Positions 49,846 through 57,922 of a stretch of 64,000 bases of DNA are shown in pieces (position 1 is the first letter of the stretch; each line of letters begins with the position of its first letter). Source of the stretch: a candidate division KSB3 bacterium (lineage in GTDB: Bacteria; Moduliflexota; Moduliflexia; Moduliflexales; Moduliflexaceae); assembly GCA_002748425.1 (NCBI GenBank), contig PDSJ01000025.1, forward strand, positions 22,605-86,604, written 5' to 3'. The position numbers and the translations under genes are program-made. The notes beneath the pieces were generated by a model. It was not told the origin of the DNA, did not search any database, and worked only from the letters and a program-made list of their open reading frames with translations.

Positions 49846-52290
49846 TTGATGAATAGACAACACGTGTTGAGGATATTGGGGATGTGTCTCTGGGTGATCG
49901 GAAGCTTTTCCATGCAGGGTTGGGCGCAGTCGGAAAAATTAAAGGCGCAATCCGGCAGTTGTCAGGGCTTTGAATTTCCGCTGGCCCCGGACGGAGGCAT
50001 CGATTGGCCGCATACGGTCAAAGTACTCAAACACGATACGCCCGTCTATGCCGATGCCCTGTCGCTGACTCCATTGGACGGGCTTTTTCTGAGTTTCAAT
50101 AAAAGCCTGGAAGTTCTGGAGTCTCAGGGCAGCAGATTGCAAGTGCGTACTCTGGGTAGTCTCGATCCCCTCGGCTGGGTGGAAAGTTCGACGCTCTTAT
50201 GTGCGCTCCGCCCCCAGAGCAGTTTTTCTTCGGGCTTGGAGCAAAAACTCTATATTAAAACAGCAACGGAAATCCGGAAGGAGAAACCGACAACTGTTCA
50301 AGCATATCCCTCTCCCAACTTACAGGGCCCTGAAGAAGCTTCCCGCGAACTTTCCCGATTCACTGGGTATTTTGTCTTTGACTATAATTCAGAATATAAA
50401 AGCTATTTACTGGGTGAGTCCTATCAGCTCGATCAAACGAGTTCGCTGGTAGGCTGGGTAAGCGAAGAAAACGGCTTTCTGTGGGACACGGCTTACGGTT
50501 TACGGCCGGCAGAGGACCTGATCTTTCCTGAAAGCCACGAGCTGGCCGGTCAGGAAAGAACGATCTGCGCGTATCAAACGATCGAAGACGCGCTGGAAAA
50601 TCGTCGCTGCCTGCCGATTCTGGGTGGCAACCGCTGGTACCGCTACGAAGATCGTATCCCGCTACTCGATCGTGTGATTCAGAACCGGAGAGCTTTCTAT
50701 AAAGTCGTGCTTCCGATGGCCGGTATGGGTGTCAAATATGAAGAACGTGACGGAAAGATTCGTATCATTGAACCCGGAAAATTTTCGGAGAACCCAGGCA
50801 TCAATTCAGTGCTGTCAATGAAACGCATCGATGTGCTGTTTTTAATTGATGGAACCAAAAGTATGATGCCCTATATCGAAGCGGTGAGAGGATCAAAAAA
50901 AGAAGGACGAAAAGGAGTCATCCAGGACATTATTGACAGTTTACAGCAAGACGATGCCTTTCAGGAGGCGCAATTTCGCTTTGCCTTTCGTATCTATCGG
51001 GACCGGTACGCCGGTGAAAAAAATCTCGGTGAGGGTTTGCCCCTTTCTACAGTATGCGAATTGACAAATGAAGCTAAAGCTGAGAACATACGGAGCTTCG
51101 AACAGAAGATCGATACAATCGCCGTCACGACCAGTGAACAGGACGATTACGCTGAAAACCTCTTTGGCGGTATCAGGCAGGCAGTGCGGGATTTAGCCCC
51201 TTGCCCCAACAACACAAAGCTTCTGTTCGTTATCGGTGATTGCGGCTATGATGCCAGTATGCAGAAACAGCCTTTGAGTACAGAAGATTTGCTGACTCGT
51301 TTGAAAGGAGATGATGAGTTCAAGAGCATCGTTCCGTTCTTTATCCAGACGCCCAGCAGCCGCGATGCCATGCGGCAGCCTGAGAAATACGATCAGGCCT
51401 ACCGCCTTTTCCACGAACAAGGTGAACGGATTTTGCGTGAAATTTTGGGACCCAGCCGACTCAGCGAAATTGGAAATTATCTCATGAGTACGACTGACGC
51501 CGAGTTGAACTCGAAAATTATCACCGGTATTAAACAATTCAGCAACACTCAAGCCATCAACGAACTGGTACTGGACTTGCGTGGAGGAACCCCCTTGAAA
51601 GATGCCATTCAGCGCTTGCAAGGCAGTCAGGAATTTAAAAATATTCCCGGACTCTTCTGGGATTTGGTGAAACAAGGCAGTTGTAAAAAATTGGGAGAGC
51701 AATGTGAAGAACGCATTTATGATACCATTCAAACAGCATATATTCCGATCTCGGACGACGTGGTTGAAGATATTTGGCTGAAGAGCAACGATCTGGAAAA
51801 ATGGAAAGACTTATTACGGGATTTTGAGAACTTGAGTAATCTGAGTGGTACGGAGTTACGCGAAACCTTTGTGTATGCCCTCAGAGATTCTGTGGAAAAA
51901 GTGATCCGCAAACCTTTGTACAAAGATACCGGTCAATCGTTGAAAGAGTTCCTGAAGCGTAAAGGGGGCCTGCCGGTGCGGGAGAACTCCCCATTGTTCA
52001 GCTACAGCATCGACGACCTGCGCGATCCGGACACCGTGCCGGACTGTGAGATCATCCGTCTGGCTGCGTGGGTCAACAGCGTCAAGCAAATGTTGAGCAT
52101 TGTGCTTCGAGGCAAAGATCGTCCCAAATTCATTGAACGCGAATTTCCGGGCCAATGCCCAAGCGGCGAGGCGATCCCGTTCATCGACGGCGACATCGAC
52201 TTTGTGCCTTTGGGAGAGTCTGACATGCGTTATGATCACAGCTTCCAGAAAGCGCACGTGTACTGGGTGCCCAAAGAATTTTTACCTTAA
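49846..52290 (+). CDS. Secreted von Willebrand factor A (vWA) domain protein with conserved N- and C-terminal modules
   Basis: AGGAGG SD and signal peptide. vWA motifs DVLFLIDGTKSM (MIDAS DxTxS), …TTSEQDD…, and KLLFVIGDCGYD. The termini are homologous to the next CDS. Confidence 0.7.
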   Translation: MMNRQHVLRILGMCLWVIGSFSMQGWAQSEKLKAQSGSCQGFEFPLAPDGGIDWPHTVKVLKHDTPVYADALSLTPLDGLFLSFNKSLEVLESQGSRLQVRTLGSLDPLGWVESSTLLCALRPQSSFSSGLEQKLYIKTATEIRKEKPTTVQAYPSPNLQGPEEASRELSRFTGYFVFDYNSEYKSYLLGESYQLDQTSSLVGWVSEENGFLWDTAYGLRPAEDLIFPESHELAGQERTICAYQTIEDALENRRCLPILGGNRWYRYEDRIPLLDRVIQNRRAFYKVVLPMAGMGVKYEERDGKIRIIEPGKFSENPGINSVLSMKRIDVLFLIDGTKSMMPYIEAVRGSKKEGRKGVIQDIIDSLQQDDAFQEAQFRFAFRIYRDRYAGEKNLGEGLPLSTVCELTNEAKAENIRSFEQKIDTIAVTTSEQDDYAENLFGGIRQAVRDLAPCPNNTKLLFVIGDCGYDASMQKQPLSTEDLLTRLKGDDEFKSIVPFFIQTPSSRDAMRQPEKYDQAYRLFHEQGERILREILGPSRLSEIGNYLMSTTDAELNSKIITGIKQFSNTQAINELVLDLRGGTPLKDAIQRLQGSQEFKNIPGLFWDLVKQGSCKKLGEQCEERIYDTIQTAYIPISDDVVEDIWLKSNDLEKWKDLLRDFENLSNLSGTELRETFVYALRDSVEKVIRKPLYKDTGQSLKEFLKRKGGLPVRENSPLFSYSIDDLRDPDTVPDCEIIRLAAWVNSVKQMLSIVLRGKDRPKFIEREFPGQCPSGEAIPFIDGDIDFVPLGESDMRYDHSFQKAHVYWVPKEFLP

Positions 52291-52346
52291 AAAGTCAGAG
52301 AAAAGCACCGACAGTTCTGATAACGATAGACGTAACGTAACTCTTT

Positions 52347-53771
52347 ATGAGGGAACTACTTCAAAAAATTTGCAGGGTATGCTTAGTGCTTGCAGGCTTG
52401 TTAAACGTCTGCTCTGTCCAAGCACCAGCCGGGCCGGGGAGTTGCGAGCAGTTCGAATTCCCTTTTACCCGTGATGGAGAGCTGGACTGGCCGCATAGGG
52501 TCAAGGTACTTCGGCAGGACAGCCTTGTGTATGCGGACGAAGATGTTGATACACCGTTGAAGGACGTTTCGCTAGATTTTAACTCCAGCTTAAAGGTCGT
52601 TACGGCTCGTGATAAACGGCTGTTCGTCCGCAGGCCGGATTCCAATGATGCGCTGGGGTGGATCGAACGCAGCGACCTCTTATGTAGCGTGACGCCCTTG
52701 ATCTCGGAATCGGGGCTCGAACAAAAGTTTTACGCCTTCACCAAGGCTGACGAACTTGGGAATCCCCCGCAGACAGGACACGTGTACACCGTTCCTGAAA
52801 CGAACAGTATCGATGGAGACATCGCCGCTCTTGACCGTCTCAAAACTTTTTATGGATATACAGTCTTTGATCGCGACACAGACGCTGGAACCTACCTTTT
52901 AGCCGAAGTTCAGCAGATCGATGAGGTCTCGAATTTACTCGGCTGGTTCCCCGCAAAAGACGGTGTCCTCTGGGATTCCGCTTATGGGCTTCGTCCAGCA
53001 TCTGAACGCACGATCTGCGCTTATCTGAGTCTTGAAGATGCCCGGCAGCAAAGGCACTGCCAGCCGATCCAGGGTGGCGCCCGATGGTATCGTTTCCAGG
53101 AGCGTCTCCCCCTTCTCGATCGGGTTGAAGACAATGGGAAGCCTTTGTATCGTGTACTGCTCTCCTTTTATCAGATCGTCATGCCGTTCGAACGCCTCTA
53201 TCAGCATGTGAGCGTAGGCTATATTCCCGTGTCCGACGAGATTGCGGAAGATGTCTACCTGACCAGCTCAGAGATGGAGAAATGGAAAGACCTTTTGCAG
53301 CTCTTTGATGCGCTTGAGACGGTGAGCAGAACTGAATTACGCACGGCCTTTGTCAATGGATTCACGAACTCCATCGAAAGAATTTTTCGGAAAGCGCTGT
53401 ACGGCAATACCCATGTCCCTTTGTCCGAATTCTTGCAGCAAGCCTGCGGTTTGGTGGTTCGCCAGGATTCTCCATTATTTTGCTACAGTATCGACAATTT
53501 GTCCGATCCGTTGGTGGTCCCGGATTGTGAACTCACTCGTCTGCGACTTTGGGGGAAAGCCCATGCTGACATGCTTGAGATCGTATCCTACGGCACTAAA
53601 CGGCCTGAATATGAATACGAAAAATTGTCCGAGACCTGCCCCTCCGCCGATCATATTCCAATCGTGAGTGGGGAAATCGAAGCACATCCCCTGGGGGACG
53701 CTGACATGCGTTACGATCATCGTTTTCAAGGATCTCATATCTACTGGGTTCCAAAGGAATTTTTGCCCTGA
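52347..53771 (+). CDS. Secreted paralogue of the vWA protein lacking the vWA domain
   Basis: The N-terminus (SCEQFEFPFTRDGELDWPHRVKVL…GWIERSDLLC) and the C-terminal roughly 190 aa (…DPLVVPDCELTRL…DADMRYDHRFQGSHIYWVPKEFLP) are near-collinear with the 49846 CDS. Confidence 0.65.
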   Translation: MRELLQKICRVCLVLAGLLNVCSVQAPAGPGSCEQFEFPFTRDGELDWPHRVKVLRQDSLVYADEDVDTPLKDVSLDFNSSLKVVTARDKRLFVRRPDSNDALGWIERSDLLCSVTPLISESGLEQKFYAFTKADELGNPPQTGHVYTVPETNSIDGDIAALDRLKTFYGYTVFDRDTDAGTYLLAEVQQIDEVSNLLGWFPAKDGVLWDSAYGLRPASERTICAYLSLEDARQQRHCQPIQGGARWYRFQERLPLLDRVEDNGKPLYRVLLSFYQIVMPFERLYQHVSVGYIPVSDEIAEDVYLTSSEMEKWKDLLQLFDALETVSRTELRTAFVNGFTNSIERIFRKALYGNTHVPLSEFLQQACGLVVRQDSPLFCYSIDNLSDPLVVPDCELTRLRLWGKAHADMLEIVSYGTKRPEYEYEKLSETCPSADHIPIVSGEIEAHPLGDADMRYDHRFQGSHIYWVPKEFLP

Positions 53772-53773
53772 TT

Positions 53774-54538
53774 ATGCTCCGATGTACTGTTGAGAATATT
53801 AGCCTTGAACGCAACCACGACTTTAAATTGTGTATCCCGAGCCTTGAAGTCTGCACAAAAGGGCACAATGCCATAACCAAACTACCCCTTATGGGAAAAA
53901 GCGGAGCTGGCAAAAGTACGTTACTCAACCTGATGGCAGCGGTTGAATGGCCGGATACGGGAGGGATTTCCTGGGAGTTTCCAGATCGGGACGCGCCGAT
54001 CACCTGGTCTAAAAATGGTCCTTCCCCGGCACAAGTGCGCTTGCTGCGCCGAAGATATTTCGGATTTGCCTTTCAGGACAGTACCTTACTGACACACATG
54101 AGCGTGCGGGAGAACTTGTCCTATCCGCTAATTTTAAACGGCTTGCCGCCGTGCCAGGCTTATGAAGCCGCCTGGAATGCACTGGATCGGGTGCTGCTTG
54201 ATGATGAGCGTTCCTATAAAAACGAACTGTTCAGACAGTTTCCGTCGAAACTTTCAGGGGGGCAACGCCAGCGCACAGCGCTGGTGCAGGCCATGATTCA
54301 CAACCCCTGTGTGCTCTTTGCCGATGAACCTACCGGCAGTCTGGATCGCGCAACGCGCAAGCAAGTGATGCAATCCCTCTATAATTGGGTCGATGACCAA
54401 CGTTACTGCGGAAAACGCCTGCTGCTCTGGGTGACGCATCATGAAAACGATCCCTGCGATGCCGGTGCTCAATGGATTCTCAAGGTGGATTCCGGAAGTC
54501 ATACCCTGCTTCCATTCAATTGTCACGAAACGCAGTAA
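53774..54538 (+). CDS. ABC transporter ATP-binding protein (LolD/MacB/FtsE-like)
   Basis: Walker A GKSGAGKSTLLN, signature LSGGQRQRTALVQA, Walker B VLFADEPTGSLD. Confidence 0.85.
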   Translation: MLRCTVENISLERNHDFKLCIPSLEVCTKGHNAITKLPLMGKSGAGKSTLLNLMAAVEWPDTGGISWEFPDRDAPITWSKNGPSPAQVRLLRRRYFGFAFQDSTLLTHMSVRENLSYPLILNGLPPCQAYEAAWNALDRVLLDDERSYKNELFRQFPSKLSGGQRQRTALVQAMIHNPCVLFADEPTGSLDRATRKQVMQSLYNWVDDQRYCGKRLLLWVTHHENDPCDAGAQWILKVDSGSHTLLPFNCHETQ

Positions 54539-56328
54539 TGTACTCACAGCGTATGAAAAACGTTTGGGATAAAAATATTCGCGCCTGTCTGGTCCTGGCC
54601 TGGAAAGAATTTTGCTTGCCTTTCCACTACCGAAAATCCGGATGTCCGGGTGGACGGGATTTTGTGTGGCTCAGTACCTTTATGGCGCTGATTCTGACTC
54701 TGATGTTTCTGCTGCTGGGAAGCCGCGAGGGTATGTTGAATCGTTTTGTCGACGTCTTTCTGGGAAACGTCAAGGACTATGGCGTCCCGATTTCCGTGAC
54801 GAATAACTTGTTAAGCGCAGGAGGGATAAATGCGATCGACAGCTCAGTGCTTCAGGCTGTCAATGAGCTGCCGCATATCACGATCTTTCCCTACCGGCCA
54901 CTTGAAGCTGCCTTACATCCACTCATCAAACTGGCTGACGACAAGATATGGCAGAACAGGCAGGAGAACGGGAGCAAAATTGGACCAGACTTCGATGGTC
55001 GGGCCGTCTATCCCGAGGATCCGCTCTGGGGCGAGACAGGCGATCTGCATACGTTTCCTTTAGAAATAATCGCCAGCCGCTCTGCTTTTCGGAAATATTT
55101 CGACTTCGAAGCCTATCGGGAGAGTTTACAGCAAGAACTGCCGGAGCAATTATTTCAGGAACTCCCTGTTCACGTTGATTTTGCAGCGAAAAGCCCTTTC
55201 AAACAGATCTGGCTGAAAGTCACTCTGGGCCTGGAAGAGGAGCTATACCCGTTTCGAGTCCGCTGGGTGACGCGCTTTCCAGTGGTCGATCGTCTTGCCT
55301 ATCTGTTTCCTTTGAGTACCTATCAGGTCTTAAAGGCGGCCCATGACTTCCCTGAATTGCGATATTTTCCAGAGGCGCAAGGACCAGTGAACATGCGAAT
55401 TCAAGAAATTTCGATTGAAAAAAATCAGGAGAGTACAAAAAATGGCAAAGACATAGCACTCCGCGAATTTGCTGAAAAGACTGGGGGAACACTGAGGAAC
55501 TATCGAGGAGATTTTTTGATCTCCTTCAATAGACCGTTAGCAGCTTTTCGGCTGGATGCATACGCGCAGCAATATGGAATAAGCTACTGGCCCATGGATA
55601 CGATTCCATCGGATCCGATCGCATTTCAGCAAGGCATTCTCAGCCTGCCCTGTAAACGGGTGCCGCCTGAAACGCTTCAGGAATTGGATGAGGCGTGTAA
55701 TGCTGAGAGTGTGCATGCTCTTCAACTGGATGTCACCTCCGGGGGACAGGGATTTCATCGGGCACAGGTCTATGTTGCCGACCGGACTTTTCTTGCTGCT
55801 GCGGTTGAACGGCTTCTGCAAATCAAGCAGCAGGCCCTCTCGATTCATCCCTCATATCAGGACGCCTTAAATCGTTTCAGCTTTTTAAGTAAAGTGCTGA
55901 ACGTGATAGAGAAACCCTTCACCTGGTTTGTTGGAGTATTTTTACTATCATTCATGGCTATCCAATTGGCCACGTTGATCGGCCATCACCGCCATCGTTA
56001 CGGTCTGTTACTGGTCAAGGGGATGGAGTGGTGGCAGATTTACTGTATGCTCTTGACACAGCTTGCCATGGCCTTGGGGCTGGGGCTGATCGCCGCCTTA
56101 GGGATTATTACTGCGGCGCGACGCTTTTTGCAGGCGGCGATTGTCGTAGTTGCGGAAGAGTACGCCGAAACAGTCAGTCTTGCAGACGTCGATCTGCTGC
56201 CGCTGACATGGGGAGATTATCTGCCGGCGACCGCTCTTGTCCTGCTTCTCGCCTGGGGACTAGCTACACTGATGTTATACATGATGCCGTTGCGGCAGCG
56301 TACTCATCCGGCAATGCTTTTGCACTAG
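54538..56328 (+). CDS. FtsX-like (MacB/LolC-type) ABC transporter permease
   Basis: N-terminal TM helix, a large periplasmic domain, and a C-terminal FtsX motif RYGLLLVKGMEWWQIYCMLLTQLAMALGLGLIAALG followed by two more TM helices. The ATG overlaps the upstream TAA (TAATG). Confidence 0.7.
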   Translation: MYSQRMKNVWDKNIRACLVLAWKEFCLPFHYRKSGCPGGRDFVWLSTFMALILTLMFLLLGSREGMLNRFVDVFLGNVKDYGVPISVTNNLLSAGGINAIDSSVLQAVNELPHITIFPYRPLEAALHPLIKLADDKIWQNRQENGSKIGPDFDGRAVYPEDPLWGETGDLHTFPLEIIASRSAFRKYFDFEAYRESLQQELPEQLFQELPVHVDFAAKSPFKQIWLKVTLGLEEELYPFRVRWVTRFPVVDRLAYLFPLSTYQVLKAAHDFPELRYFPEAQGPVNMRIQEISIEKNQESTKNGKDIALREFAEKTGGTLRNYRGDFLISFNRPLAAFRLDAYAQQYGISYWPMDTIPSDPIAFQQGILSLPCKRVPPETLQELDEACNAESVHALQLDVTSGGQGFHRAQVYVADRTFLAAAVERLLQIKQQALSIHPSYQDALNRFSFLSKVLNVIEKPFTWFVGVFLLSFMAIQLATLIGHHRHRYGLLLVKGMEWWQIYCMLLTQLAMALGLGLIAALGIITAARRFLQAAIVVVAEEYAETVSLADVDLLPLTWGDYLPATALVLLLAWGLATLMLYMMPLRQRTHPAMLLH

Positions 56329-56452
56329 TTCAAAGGCTGAACGAGGATAGATGAACGTCTCATGGGCGAGCGACGTGTCGTTGTCATGAAATTGAATCAA
56401 ATGAGCGCCTTGCCGCTCTTGATCTTGAGAGTTACTTAATTAAGGAGTTCTT

Positions 56453-57868
56453 ATGATGACAAAATCAGGACAGACTGGATTATACGCCTCCATCTTGATG
56501 ATTCTTATGACTATCTGCCTTTCACAACACGTCTGTGCTCAGCCTTCCGTTGTGCTGATTGCGAAGCCCAAAACGCACACAATTACTCTTGGCGAACGCC
56601 CGGAGAAGATCGTGCTCAAGGCCCGTACCAGCGGCGAAGTTGAGTTTCTGTGGGAACTGGACGGACCTGGATCATTTGAGGGTGATGCAACGACGCGGGA
56701 ACTCGTGTATCTTCCGCCGTCGTCTATAACGGCCGACAGCACGGAAGTCACAATCTCAGTAACGGTCAACACTACACGAGGCGAATCCGCCAGCGATCGC
56801 ATAACGTTCGAGCTTCGTGAACCTGTCGAGAGTCCTTTCCCCACGGCGACGCCGGTTTCGGAAACGGTTCCCCCTTCCGAGTCCCTCGAATCATCCCCAA
56901 AGGCCGGCAATCTCTATGTGCTTATTCTGGGGGCAGAAGAGTATCAGGATGAACGTATTCAGCCGATTCAGTTTGCTCATCAGGACGCAGAGGCTTTGTA
57001 CGAAGCCTTCATAGACCCGGATATCGTCGGAGTTCCGGAAGAGCGGGTGAAGATGGTTTTCGGGCCTGACTTCATTGATAGAAATATTAAACGAACGTTG
57101 GGAAAATGGCTGTCGGATCGTGTGACGGACGAGGACCTGCTTCTGATCTATTATACCGGATATCAGGCGCAAGAGAACGCAGAGTACTACTGGCTGACCT
57201 TCGATGCAGAGCTTGATGACCTTTTCAGCACAGCGGTCAGTGAGGAAGAATTCACAGAAATGCTCGAGCGTTTGGCACCGAAAGCTGCGATCTTTTTAGT
57301 TGACGCTGCGCCTTTTGCTGCAGAAACCTCTGAGGAAGACGAAGCAGCGTCGGAGGAGATTAGCCTCTCAGCGTTTCAGGTGTTTTCAGAAGCACGACGG
57401 CTACTCATCCAGGCGTCTGACGGCATGCGCTTCTCCCAGCGTCTGACAAAACAGCAGCACGGAGAATTCGGCTATCTGCTCCTGCAAGCTTTTCAGGGCA
57501 ATGCTGCTTCATCCATCAACGGCCAGCTCACGTTTGCCGAACTGTGGACCTATCTTAAAAAACAGACAGAGAACAACGAAGAGAGCTTGCAGCCTGTACT
57601 CCGGGGGAAGCGCGATCTCGACATCGTGCTGATGGCTGCGAGAGCAGAAAACATCGCGTCAGACAATTCTGATGAAACAGCTTCCATCGAAATTTCAAGA
57701 GACGACACCGGAAAAGAACGGATTATTGAAATTTACCGCCACGGCGACATTTCAGCGGCACAATTCAAAAAAGCCCTTGATATTCTTCAATCAGGAGAAA
57801 CAGATCAAATCCTCGATGATTTTTTACAGGGAACAATTTCGCTTGAAATATTTTCGGAAATTTTTTAG
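56453..57868 (+). CDS. Secreted GPG-domain protein with catalytically degenerate caspase-like (C14) domain and conserved C-terminal tail
   Basis: AAGGAG SD and signal peptide. GPG motif EFLWELDGPGSF…YLPPSS. The caspase-like region LYVLILGAEEYQ…LLLIYYTGYQAQ…AIFLVDAAPF is homologous to the 61611 CDS, but His is replaced by Tyr and Cys by Ala. Confidence 0.6.
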   Translation: MMTKSGQTGLYASILMILMTICLSQHVCAQPSVVLIAKPKTHTITLGERPEKIVLKARTSGEVEFLWELDGPGSFEGDATTRELVYLPPSSITADSTEVTISVTVNTTRGESASDRITFELREPVESPFPTATPVSETVPPSESLESSPKAGNLYVLILGAEEYQDERIQPIQFAHQDAEALYEAFIDPDIVGVPEERVKMVFGPDFIDRNIKRTLGKWLSDRVTDEDLLLIYYTGYQAQENAEYYWLTFDAELDDLFSTAVSEEEFTEMLERLAPKAAIFLVDAAPFAAETSEEDEAASEEISLSAFQVFSEARRLLIQASDGMRFSQRLTKQQHGEFGYLLLQAFQGNAASSINGQLTFAELWTYLKKQTENNEESLQPVLRGKRDLDIVLMAARAENIASDNSDETASIEISRDDTGKERIIEIYRHGDISAAQFKKALDILQSGETDQILDDFLQGTISLEIFSEIF

Positions 57869-57922
57869 GCACATTTACCACATTCTATACATTATTCTTA
57901 ACAGTATTCGGAGTGTATCAAG

